DNA from: the human T2T-CHM13v2.0 reference genome, Homo sapiens
Reading direction: 5' to 3' (one strand)
DNA: 64,000 nt
Assembly (NCBI RefSeq): GCF_009914755.1
Contig: NC_060925.1
Shown: in pieces, positions 38,415-49,573 of the stretch
Numbering within the stretch: the first letter of the stretch is position 1
How the letters are laid out: each line of letters begins with the position of its first letter
Notes under the pieces: generated by a model
What the model saw: only the letters and a program-made list of their open reading frames with translations
What the model was told of the DNA's origin: nothing
The model's database searches: none
Program-made: the position numbers and the translations under genes

Positions 38415-40959
38415 TAAAAGTTTATAGATGAACTTGTCATAATTTCAAAAATATTTTTCAGTCACTTGAAATGTTAATGTCATGTCATGCAAAATAAAAA
38501 ACATACATGAAATTTCTGGGTCATTTCTAAGGAAAATACTGAAACACTAATTCCTGAATATAAATTTTGGCATCTTGTTTTTATATGATATAGAAAATCT
38601 AAGTATTTTTAATTCTGTTAATAAACGTTTAAAAATAGTATTATAAGAAAACATATTTGTAAAAATTATGAAATGGTGCCCATCTAAAAAAATCCTGATA
38701 TAAAAGAGTTGAAATTTGCTTACTTGCTAGTTTTCACTGACCTTAAGGTCACTAAGTGTTAAAAATTTTAGTTAGTATATGGTAAGTAAACCTAGGGATA
38801 ATAAGGAAACAACTCTGTGTGTGAGGGAAGTAAGGCATGTTTATACAGCATATTATAAAGTATAAGAATGTTCTTGTTAAGGGAGAGAGTAGTTTTTTTC
38901 CTAAAGTAGAGTGACTAGCTGTTTCAAAATTTGAAAAGGGGAAAGGTAAAGAACAAAAATTGAATGAATCAGAATGCTGTAGGTTTATAGAAGATTAATC
39001 CTGTAAAATGTATTTTATTTGGGATCAAGCTGGCAAAAATCACAAAGACATTTATATAAGTTTTTCTAAAAATTGACCATTAGTATCAAATGCTAATGCA
39101 AAACTAGAATTTCATTCTCTGAGTTAAAACAATAAAGTTTTCTTGGAGTATTGATGTGTTCTTAATAGGAAACAGCAGAAGGTCTTTCTTTACCTTTTAG
39201 ATAATTGGCCTAGGAAACAAAGATTCTGTGTTTTATCAAGATGATTCCTCATCCTTCATGTTGAATTTATTGAGCCTTTGATTATTTAAGAAAACTGAGT
39301 CTTCTTTACTAAAGAGCTAAGGTTTTCGACAACTATCTAACTTTTTAAATTTGCCTTTAGGAGCTTTTAAAATTGTCACTATGGCTAAATGAATGATTGT
39401 TATTTCATAGTAACCTGTAATCCTATTTAGATCAAGTGTTTTAAAGCTGTTGATATTTTTGACAAATCTCCCTAAATCAAATTCTAACTTAGGCCTTTTC
39501 AACCTTGAATAACTTTTGAATTTTCCAATTGTACCCCTGAAAAACCTTAAAGGATATCTCACCTTGTAAAAGAGAGATATTGGACTAATTAGGTTTACTT
39601 GATATAGAAAGCATTGTAAAATAATACATGATGCTAAACCTTAGGTTATATTTATGGATACATTATTGATTGACTGTCTCAAAAGTTGTATGAAATTCCT
39701 AAATACATGATATGTAAATCTATACTTTATTTATAGATTTTATAGATTTATAGTACTATAGATTTTATAGATTTATAGTACTATATTTTCAAGTAGATTA
39801 ATGAAAAGGTTAGAATGGAATTATAAGTGCAGGCTTCTGATAACTTTAAGATCATACCATGGGACTGGGTAAGAATTTCTAGAACTCTAGTGAAGAAACT
39901 GATAAGTTTGGGAAACTGCTAAGATCAAGCAGAACAAAAATTAATTATATGAGATTAAATGAGAAAATGAAGAATTATGGGGTTTTATGTTGTTAATTTG
40001 AAACATTGCTCATTCTTGCTGGAAAATGAAAAAATTTCCAGATCTAAATTAACATTTTTTTCTCTTAAGCTATCTGTCTATACCTTAGAATAATTTGGCA
40101 AATTATACTTCTCTAAACAGAATAAAACATTTACTTTTTCCTCTCCCTTTGACCCTTCCTTCCAAGATTTGGAAACAATCATTGAGTATTTTACTTTTAT
40201 GGCAATATAGTTATTTGCATAAGTTCAATAAGAATATGTTCTTTTTTTAACAGAATAAAATTGGAAATATTGATTATATTAAAGCGCAGGCTAGAATGAC
40301 ACATTTGTGAATGTGGCTAGGATGAATTTACAGATACTACAGGTGAAGTCTGAAGTCGGCCTTGGTTTGGCTTCCTAACATCTAGAGGTTTTTCAAAGTC
40401 CAATCTGAGATTCTTTGTCAAACATTCCAATGAAGCAAACTTAAAAAGAGTCTATGTGGTCAATTGCTATTTTGGGCATACTTACGTAAATAATCAGGCC
40501 AAGTTTAGTCAACTAGATATATTTTGTAAACAAATTTGTCTTATTCTGATTATCTTTGGTAGAAATAGGGGTGACTATGGAGAAAAAAATATTTTTCTAA
40601 ATAAAAATTATAGTTCACCTTTAAAACAATCTAGCTGTTAATTGTTTGCAAGTTTTTAACATCTACCTATAGAATGAACTAGATTCTGAATTATTTTCAT
40701 TTTCTCCAATGTCTGGCTACAACTCTTCAACCAAGAACAAGAACTGCTCTGTTCCTGAAGCCCTGTAAGCTGAAGCTGGACAATTCAATGTAAATTTCAA
40801 GGAACTAGTCTCATGCCTGATGTATGGGATACACAGATAGTTCATCAAAATGCCTGATGCCCTAACCAGAGACATTTAAACTGTAAACCAGAATGAGAAG
40901 TTGATGACTTCATGCGGTGGACAGCTTTTCTCAAGATGTTGAACTAAGACTTCCTATCA

Positions 40960-41600
40960 ATAATGAAACCCTTACCTCTCTTAATGTTCCCTTGCTTATG
41001 CCTATCTTTCTCACTTGGCAGGATAATGCTGTGGTTAAAATTTCAGAATCAGTAGTTTATGCAGGCAATTTGACAAAATGTCAGATCTGTCATGCCAAAC
41101 CCAGATCTTTACATGAACTAAGTGACTTTTTAGCCCACTCAGTGGGTAAACTGTAGCAATATCTCCAATGCAATTATCCTTTGACTTGTACCAGTGGCCC
41201 CTTTTTATCGAGTCAGACCTCTGGACCCACTTGCTCTGACTCCCTGCTTTAACGTAACCAAGTCATGGGATACTAGATAATGGAATCGCTACCTACTGGC
41301 TGAACAGGAAGGAATCTGCACAGTAGCTGACACTTCTTGTTGCACATGAATAAGTAGAAGAGACAGGCTGCTTGGCTAAAATGGGTAGATTCCTCATCTG
41401 GTTCATTCTTTCACCTATTTGATTTTTGTTGGTTTAGTTTATGGGGATCCTAGCTAAGTGACAAACTCCAAACTCCTAATATTATTATCCAGAGAGCCAT
41501 AATAGTATTCTCCCTGGTGTGCTGTATTCTCTCAAATATTTTAAATGTTTGCATGCAGTCATATGTCTAATGTCAAACGATCTCTCTTTAGCCAGAACAA
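40960..41600 (+). pseudogene. Retroviral env remnant (SU N-terminus joined to the TM immunosuppressive domain)
   Basis: WQDNAVVKISESVVYAGNLTKCQICH (CxxC, CWIC-like); at 41273-41350 LDNGIA / YLLAEQEGICTVADTSCCT* gives the immunosuppressive domain (ISD) plus CX6CC; stops and frameshifts present. Confidence 0.8.
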
Positions 41601-41723
41601 CAAAAATTCAAAGAAATGCATCATCATAAGGATACTGTAATCTATAGGCATGTTGAGTATGGAAACTCAGAATTTTGACAACTGAGAGTAGCAATAATGC
41701 CCTAAGCTTTGGTCACACTTTCA

Positions 41724-42137
41724 CCTAGGCCCCACAGACCAAACCAAAATGGAGGCACTCATGCTAAAGTTCCACACCTCCAAGTCAAAACTAAGTTGTT
41801 TATCTGACCTCAAAAGAATGAGAGAAAATAGCCAAATCCGCAAACAGGCCATTTTAGCCAGTGTGATAAGGAAGCCCCCTCTGCATTAACCTTTACAAGG
41901 AAAGTAACTTTGAAACAACCAATCCACTTTTTGTTCTCTGTTTCTGCTTTCCTCAGCCCTTTTCTGTCTATAAACCAATCTCTGTTCAGCTCATTGGAAC
42001 ACTCATTCTATTTTATATAAGGAGGTGTTTTATGATTCTAGAATTGCATATAAAAGTCAATTAAGATCTTTAAGGCAAATGTGTAGTAACTGTTGTAATT
42101 ATTGTTACAACAATTATTGTAATTGTTTCTTTTCACA
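41724..42137 (+). mobile_element. 3' LTR (MER31-like) lacking its first ~50 bp
   Basis: Aligns to the 5' LTR only from ~34400 onward; ends TTTCACA. Confidence 0.85.
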
Positions 42138-42290
42138 CTCCCAAATTTATATCTCCATTTTGAGTGCCATATCTCAAACTTTCTGCCTAACATCTAGACG
42201 TGAATGTCTTATGAGCATTTCAAACTAAATATAACCTCAAATCTCATGGGTTTCTTCCCACTGAAATACATAATTCCTTCTATACCTCTC

Positions 42291-42945
42291 TTTTTTTTTT
42301 TGGAGACAGGGTCTCACTCTGTCACTTAGGCTGGAGTGCAATGGCATGATCACAGCTCATTGTAGCCTCAGCATCCTGGGCTCAAGCAATCTCGCTGCCT
42401 CAACCTCCCGAGTAGCTGGAACCAAACACAGGTGCCATCATGTTCAACTAATTTAAAAAAAATTGTCGAGATGGTGTACTAGTTCATTCTCACACTGCTA
42501 TAAAGACCTACCCAAGATTGGGTAATTTATAAAGAAAAGAGATTTAATTGGCTCATGGTTCCACAGACTGTACAAGAAGCATGGCTGGGGAGGCCTCAGG
42601 AAACTTCCAATCATGGCAGAAGGTGAAGGAGAAGCAGGCACAATCTTCACATGGCAGAGCAGGAGAGAGGGAGAGTGAAGGAGGAAGTGGTACATGCTTT
42701 TAAACAACCAGATCTTGTAAGAACTCACTCATGATCAAGAGACCAGCAAGGGAGAAATCTACCCCCATGATCCAGTCACCTTCCACCAGGCCCTTCCTTC
42801 CAACATTGAGGATTGCAATTCGATATGAGATTTGGGTGATGACACAGAGCCAAACTGTATAAGATGGGGTTTCACCATATTGCCCAGGCTGGTCTTGAAC
42901 TCCTGGGCTCAAGTGATCCTCCTGCCTCAGCCTCTCAAAGTGTTA
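42291..42945 (-). mobile_element. AluJ split by an MSTA LTR
   Basis: AluJ diagnostics (GAGACAGGGTCTCACTCTG, CCTGGGCTCAAG); right arm 42291-42474, left arm resumes at 42863. Confidence 0.9.
42475..42862 (-). mobile_element. MSTA-like MaLR solo LTR
   Basis: TGTACTAGTTCATTCTCACACTGCTATAAAG...GAAGCATGGCTGGGGAGGCCTCAGGAAACTT; 5-bp TSD GATGG at 42470-42474 and 42863-42867. Confidence 0.9.
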
Positions 42946-43203
42946 TGACAGAAGCATCAACTTAGTGATTCAAGCCAGAAAACTAGGAATCTTTTTAAGT
43001 TTCTTATTTTCCTATCTCTCTACATCTACTTTGCTTTTCCATTTAACACTAATTATTGAGAAGATACTTTGTGCCAGGCTCTGTGTTTCATGCTGTGGAT
43101 GAAAGATTAATCACATGCTGAATATTGGTTTCTATATATTTGTGTATATTCCCACTGTTACACCCTAAGCATCTTGAGATTATAATAACACTCTTCTAAC
43201 TGT

Positions 43204-43465
43204 GAAGCAGATTCAACCAAACTTTATTTATTCATGTGTGTTCTCCAACCACTTATATGGGCAGAAGATAATCATAACAATAGCCATGACTTACTAAATT
43301 CTAAACACCATTCTAAGCACTTTACCTGTGTTATCTAATTTAATCCTTATTTATTACCTTCTGGTAGGCATTAGGATTATTACCTCTACCGTACAAGTGG
43401 GGAAATTGTGCCAGGAGATGCTAAATGACTTGTCCAATGTCACATAGTGGAGTAAGTGGGCGAGC
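43204..43465 (-). repeat. Inverted local copy of 46978-47238 (MIR plus flank)
   Basis: Manual alignment to the reverse complement of 46978-47238 gives about 21 differences in 262 bp. Confidence 0.92.
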
Positions 43466-43499
43466 TGCTGCAGGGTGTGGTCATGTCAAAAAAAGAGCA

Positions 43500-43703
43500 G
43501 GTTCAAGCAATTCTCCTGCCTCAGCCTCCCGAGTAGCTGGGACTACAGGTGGGCGCCATCATGCCCAGCTAATTTTTGTATTTTTAGTACAGATGGGGTT
43601 TCACTCTGTTGGCCAGGATGGTCTCAATCTCTTGATCTTGTGATCCGCCTGCCTCGGCCTCCCAAAGTGTTGGGATTACAGGTGTGAGCCACTGCGCCCA
43701 GCC
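43500..43703 (-). mobile_element. AluSc-like element missing its 3' ~90 bp and poly(A)
   Basis: Starts abruptly at GGTTCAAGCAATTCTCC; CCAGGATGGTCTCAATCTCTTGA diagnostic. Confidence 0.88.
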
Positions 43704-44179
43704 CTATGGTTGTTTTCTTAGTATTGTATTTTTTATTCCCATAGCATTATAGTTTTATTCTACCGGAGAATGTTCCAGAATGTCTCAAAATACAAAGTCA
43801 CAAATATGGTTAAAGAACTAATGGGGGAAAAAAAACAGAATTGAAAACAATGAGGCTCTGGGCAAGTTATAAAATGCCTATATTAGCTGAGAAATCACAT
43901 CAGATGACTCTACTTGAGAGCTTAAAGACCAGAGAAATACATAAAGAAATAGCGGCCTTAAAAAGAAAGCACCCCCACCCCAATATTCCAGCATAATTAC
44001 CAAACATTTGCTGAAAAGAAAGAGAATTGCTGAAAGGTTAGAAAACCCCTGGGAAAATTTAAACCACATTTCTCCTTCTAGTATTATTAAGGAATTTATT
44101 GATGTTCTGTAGTAGTCATGGGAATATTTAGAAATCATTTGTCTAATTATCTGCCACAAATAAAAGAATTACAGGTTCT

Positions 44180-44560
44180 CAAATTTATCTCTCTATATAA
44201 CTTTGCTCCTAAACTCCATCTGTACCCTGATGTCTACTACGCATCCTAAAGTTAATGTATCAACACAGTTTTTGATTCTGCTTACCCTCTCCCCCAACTT
44301 GCTCCTCTTCTTGTTTCCTCCATCTCTCTGAATGACAGACACCTCTGAGTACTGAATTTCTCAGGCAAAAATGGTGGCGTCATTCTAGATCACTCTCCTT
44401 CACTTGCTTCCCATGTGCAGTGCCAGAGAAAATCCACTAGTTCTACCTTAATGATATATATACATATAATAAACACAGATTCTTTTCAGTCTCCATTGCC
44501 ATCCCATAACTCAATTCACTGTCATCTTTTCCCTGGACTACCTCGACAGCTCACTATGTC
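44180..44560 (+). mobile_element. L2 fragment
   Basis: CTTGCTCCTCTTCTTGTTTCCTCCATCTCTCTGAATG...GTCATTCTAGATCACTCTCCTT...CCCTGGACTAC. Confidence 0.7.
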
Positions 44561-46162
44561 AGAAGGACACAGGCTTTGGTATTTCTTTTGCTGATAAAGA
44601 GAATGATTTGCACCAAGCCACCTTTTCTTTTCATTTCGGGACTGAGAGCCATCCCTTTGAAAGATGTTGAGCTGGAAGAGGAGCGATGTCTGTGGCTGTG
44701 GGAGAAAGAAAAGTTTTTCACTCTGCATAGGAGGTAGCCAGTATAAGACCCAACTTTTGGCTGCATTGGCAAATGTCCTGTTTTAGCCAGCTGAACAAGC
44801 TTCTGGAAGGAAGTTTGCACCCATAGAGACCACGATAGGTAGGCTGCAGTTCAGGAGGATTTCAGATCATTTATTTTCCTGTTGTTTGAGTTGTGGCAGG
44901 AAGTTTGCAGGAAGATGCGGCATTGGAGAAAGAAGAATGAGGAGGCTGGCACAATGGAAGAGCATCTACATTTCCATCCTCCAAATGTAGAGAAGTAGAG
45001 AAAGAAAATTACATGCTAGCTGAAAAAGAAAAATAGAACAAAAATGAAAAAGTAGAAAGCCTAACTTCCATTTTATCAAATTTCCACACTGTTGACATCC
45101 ATTAACCTCTTCATCTCTCATCATGTGATCCAAATTCCCTTCCAGAGCTAGAAGTAACTGACTATTTTGGGGGTGCTGAGCAGACAACATAAAGTTTGCC
45201 TGAAAACGTGGTGCTGTTTGCTGATCCATTGACTGGAAGTAATTGTTTCATAAGGACAGCTTGCTTCTGGCATTTTATACTAAAATAGAGATGCTTGACT
45301 TTTCAGCCTCCAAAGCCTAAATGTTTGGCACGAATATAGAAATCTGGCATTTTTCAATGCTCATATGTCCGAAAGCTGGAGAGCTGAAAAACACTGGGAG
45401 TACCAAATTGGTGTCCACTTTGGAATATTTGGCCCAAGAAAATGTATATTCTCATGCCGCAGGAAGTTGGTTTTGCAAAATGAAGGCTGAATTGGGGCCA
45501 AAAAGAAAGCACCATTTGCCAGAGTGCAGATGAAATGTGATAGTTTGCTGCACAAAGTTTCTTTTTAAAAGTTATTTGCAGCTGCCATGACACATCTTTA
45601 ACGTTGTAATATGCAGAACTGTTATTCAGAAATTCCAACAGAGAGAAACAAATCTCAATTGTTTACATTTAAACATGATGTAGTAAGATACTAAAGAATA
45701 AATGTAAACATTACAGTTTGGACAAAGAAATGCAAGTGAAACATGGCTCAAATCACAGCATAGACCGATATGGTCCCGGGTTAAAGAAATTGTTATTTTC
45801 ATGGAAAAGCTATATTTACAATTATCTTAGTTAACAGACCTGCTTATGATGTGCTGTGAGAAAATATATTATTTTAGAAAGTATTTAAGTCTTTTTTATT
45901 AATATGATGAAGGAACTCCATTGCTTTTAAAAGAAGGGTTTAATTCTCCACAGATAATAGTAACCTTAATTACACTTGTTATTCCTTCTGAACACATAAA
46001 CACAATTACAAAAACTCATTATGTGAGATTTACGGGTTTAACAAAATTCATTAAAGATTTGATTTAAAAGTCAGAAACTACGTGCAACCAACACTAAACT
46101 ATTAAAATAGACTAAAATTTGGCAAGCACATAGGAAACAGAGTGTTAGCAAAAATGAAGAGT

Positions 46163-46495
46163 TCAGAGAAAGGAAGAAAGGAAAGGAAGGAGGGAGGGAG
46201 GGAGGAAAGAAGGGAGAGAAGGAGGAAGGAAGGAAGAAAGGAAGGAAGGAAAGAAGGGAGGGAGGGAAGGAGAGAGGGAGGGAAGAAGGAAGGGAGGGAA
46301 GAAAGAAGGAAGGAAGAAGAGAGAGCGGGAGGGGGAGATGGAGGGAGGAAGGAAAGAAAAGAAAGACAGGAGAAAGGAAGAAAGAAGAGGGGAGGAAAGG
46401 AGAGGAGAGAGAAGGGAAGGGGAGAAAGGGGAGGGGAAAACGGGAGGGGAGAAGAGGGGAGTGAAAAGAAGGGGAGGGAAAGGAAGGAATAAAAA
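46163..46495. repeat. GA-rich polypurine low-complexity tract
   Basis: About 330 bp of mixed GGAA/GGGA/GAA units with only about five pyrimidines. Confidence 0.95.
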
Positions 46496-46944
46496 GATCA
46501 ATGAATAAAGAGTGAAATACAGAAGACCAAGGGGAGAGGTTTTTACCTTTATTTTCCTTTTGTTCTATTCAACAGTAACTTTGAGAGTGTCACGATGCAG
46601 TTTCTGATGGTAAATTTTTATTCTCTAATGACATTAGAAATAACTTAAGGTGCAAGGCATACAGGTAAAATGTGTACAAAAAGTTGTTTCTGAGTTCCCA
46701 GTTGACTGCATGTTCTTATTTAGAGAGATGATGGTTAATGGTGGAGACAGCTGTAATGTGTTCTTCATTCCCTATTTACCATCTACACTAACTTGTCCAC
46801 TGATGTACTGCTGTTTTTATAAGATGTTGTTAGTTGCAGAAATGGGAAGTTTTTAGTGAGAATAAAGCCACTGACCTGGGCTGATTTGCTTTTTGGTGGC
46901 TCTCTATTACTCTTCACCTTAAAACACAAAAAGCAAAACACCTA

Positions 46945-47175
46945 GCTCGGGAGCCAGACTTCCTGAATTCAAAATTGGCTCTCCCACTTACTCCACCATG
47001 TGACATTGGACAAGTCATGTAACATCTCCTGGCACAATTTCCCCACCTGTACAATAGAGATAATAATCCTAATGCCTACCAGAAGGTAATAAACAAGGAT
47101 TAAATGAGATAACACAAGTAAAGTCCTTAGAACGGTGTTGGGAATTTAGTAAGTCATGGCTATTGTCATGATTAC
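46945..47175 (+). mobile_element. MIR
   Basis: GGAGCCAGACTTCCTGAATTCAAA...TGTGACATTGGACAAGTCA...GGATTAAATGAGATAA core. Confidence 0.85.
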
Positions 47176-47284
47176 CTTCTGCCATATAAGTGGTGGAAGA
47201 ACACACATGAATAAATAAAGTTTGGTTGAATCTGCTTCCCCTGTACCCACATTAATAAAGCACAACATTGTCTTATTATCTAAT

Positions 47285-47630
47285 TGTAGTCTGTATGCCG
47301 GAGATATTTCATGCAATAGATCAAATGTATTCCCTATATTTCCCAGCCTCCCTTCCAGTTAGATTGAAACCATGTAGCTGTGATCTGGTCACTGCACAGG
47401 AGAAAGTGATGAATGACACTTGTAGGCCCACCTATAAAGCCTTCAGCTCTCTCTTCCTCAGCCACCACAGCCCTGAAGGCGATGTGCAGGGAGTGGTGAA
47501 GTGACCATATGAAGGAGAGCCCTCCACCCGGCATCAGAATTTTCATAAATGCGAAATAAAGTCTGTCTTGTGTTAAGCCACTGAGAATGTGTAGTTTGTT
47601 ATTGTAATATTGCCTAGCATAATCCTCATT
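47285..47630 (+). mobile_element. Old MaLR/ERVL LTR (MLT1J/K-like)
   Basis: TTTCCCAGCCTCCCTTCCAGTTAG and 3' end AAGCCACTGAGAATGTGTAGTTTGTTATTG...CCTAGCATAATCCT. Confidence 0.6.
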
Positions 47631-49573
47631 ACTGCAGTGACCAAAATGATGCATAGCTCCTTGGTAATGGGCATAAAATCATGTTATTCCAATTCCTTAA
47701 CATGGCAGTGAGGTCTGCTCTCTCAATTAAAAAATATTTCATTCCTCTTTTGTCTTAATTTTCCAGCCTGGCACCATGGTTGTTTCTTAGCCATAGGACT
47801 TGTATTTTACGTCCAATTTGGCATTATTTATTGTTATCTGAAGGGTATATTCACTATATGGTCTTAACACTCTGGACTGTTTGCTGGAGCTAAACATTTA
47901 AATATAAACACAATGAGTAAATTTCTGCTGATTCTTCTCTTTAGAGGATGCAGAATACAAAACGAACCTTTGAAATAACAACTATGATGCAGGTAGGAAT
48001 GGTGATGCCACCAAGTGGCACTTGCACACTTCAGGGGCCCTCTCTTACATTTGAGCAATGCCTCAATATTTAATATTTATCTCAGTATTGTTTTTCCTTT
48101 TATAATTATTACACAATATATTATCCTATTATTTCATGTTTACCTGAGTCACTAGTGGTTTTAAGTTGAGTGGAAAGATAAATGCACAGTGATTAGGCTA
48201 CACTGTTAACTTTATTCGAAAAATTCTTTAAGGATGTTTTATACTTTAGACATCTAAAAGGTAGTGACAAAATCCAAATACAAAATTATCAAAAGAACCG
48301 AAGATCTTCATTGTCCTACACAAATGCCCAAGCACATATTTAAAATCAAAACAAAACACTGGACTAGAAAATGAGAAGTCAAGGACTAAAGTCGTAATAA
48401 TGACATACAAGTTGATTTGTATGTCTTGAAGCTTTTAGGAGCAGACATTGAAATACCAAAGATTTGCTTTAGGGACTATAATGGTCCTATAATCTAAAGC
48501 ACAGAAACGCCTTTAGGGGAAAAAGAAATATAAAAGGAATGATACTGAAAGTCTCAATGGATAAGGTGACTTTAGTGTTCGAGACTAAATTTTTTGAAAA
48601 TAAGTATGCCAGGTGTATTTTTATGACACTATTCAATTAAAAGTTTTAAGAGCCATATTTGCAAAGTTATTTATGTACTATAATAGGACTCCAGGAAGCT
48701 AAGAGTCCTGGCCCTGATATTTTAGTGAAAAGCCCAAGGTACCATTATTTATGTAAAATTTGGATTTTATAGACAGAAATAAAAAACAAAGGACAAAACA
48801 TATTAATACTTTAAAAGAGTAATGTATTTTGAAAAATAAAAACACTGCTCTGTGCTAAGTCTTTATACTGTTCAACAGAAGTAGCAAAACATGCCACTAG
48901 AGAATTTTCACAGTCCTTTTCTACCTGAATAACAAAGATCTACTTTAAAAAAAAGTGTGTAAAAGGAATTGCTACTTTGTTTAAAGTTAAAAATGCTTTG
49001 GTATAATAACAACAAGAGATATATTAGCAAATGATGTGAAGGAGTTGTGTGATTGTGTACATAATTTTGTGTTTATAATAACGATTTTCACCTAAAATAT
49101 TAAAGTAATTCAGTCTCAAATATTTTAAAAATACCTTTGCAAAATGAATTGCAGAGCTAAGTTCAGCTGTTACCTGGACAGAAGAGATCTGTGTGATGAG
49201 CTATCACAAAACTTAGGATAAAGGAATTTTGGGGGTGCTGGTATAAATTATCTAGTTTGCCTGCTGACAGCTTCTTTTCATTTTATCTCTGACAACATCA
49301 TTTGCTAATATATCTCTTATACAAAAACACCCTCACAGAAACATCTAGCTATAATTATAGCTCTTTGGAGATTTTCTCACTACTGTGATTTACTCATGAG
49401 GTATACTTCTCTTATAAGTTCTCTTCATTTAGGATTTTCTTATCCTTGAAATCCCCCAGAAGAACATTCTATACTAGAGCATTCTTTGTAAAATAAGTAA
49501 TTCATTTCACATTTGATTTGTCTTCTGAATGTGTATCTGGCAAAGAAAATTATCCTGAAGTTTTCCTGGGCAT

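Larger units (their letters stand above)
34350..42137 (+). mobile_element. Decayed ERV1 provirus (MER31-like LTRs and internal region) inserted in an L2
   Basis: Two homologous LTRs, a PBS and an env remnant; 4-bp TSD CTCT (34346-34349) / CTCC (42138-42141); L2-like sequence on both flanks. Confidence 0.85.

Noticed and set aside
46142-46501. E/R/K/G-rich and F/L/P/S-rich ORFs on opposite strands
   Set aside because: Artefact of the polypurine tract, which lacks stop codons.
48020-48716. Possible hAT-Tip100-like DNA transposon remnant ending in GGCCCTG
   Set aside because: No matching left TIR or 8-bp TSD could be identified.
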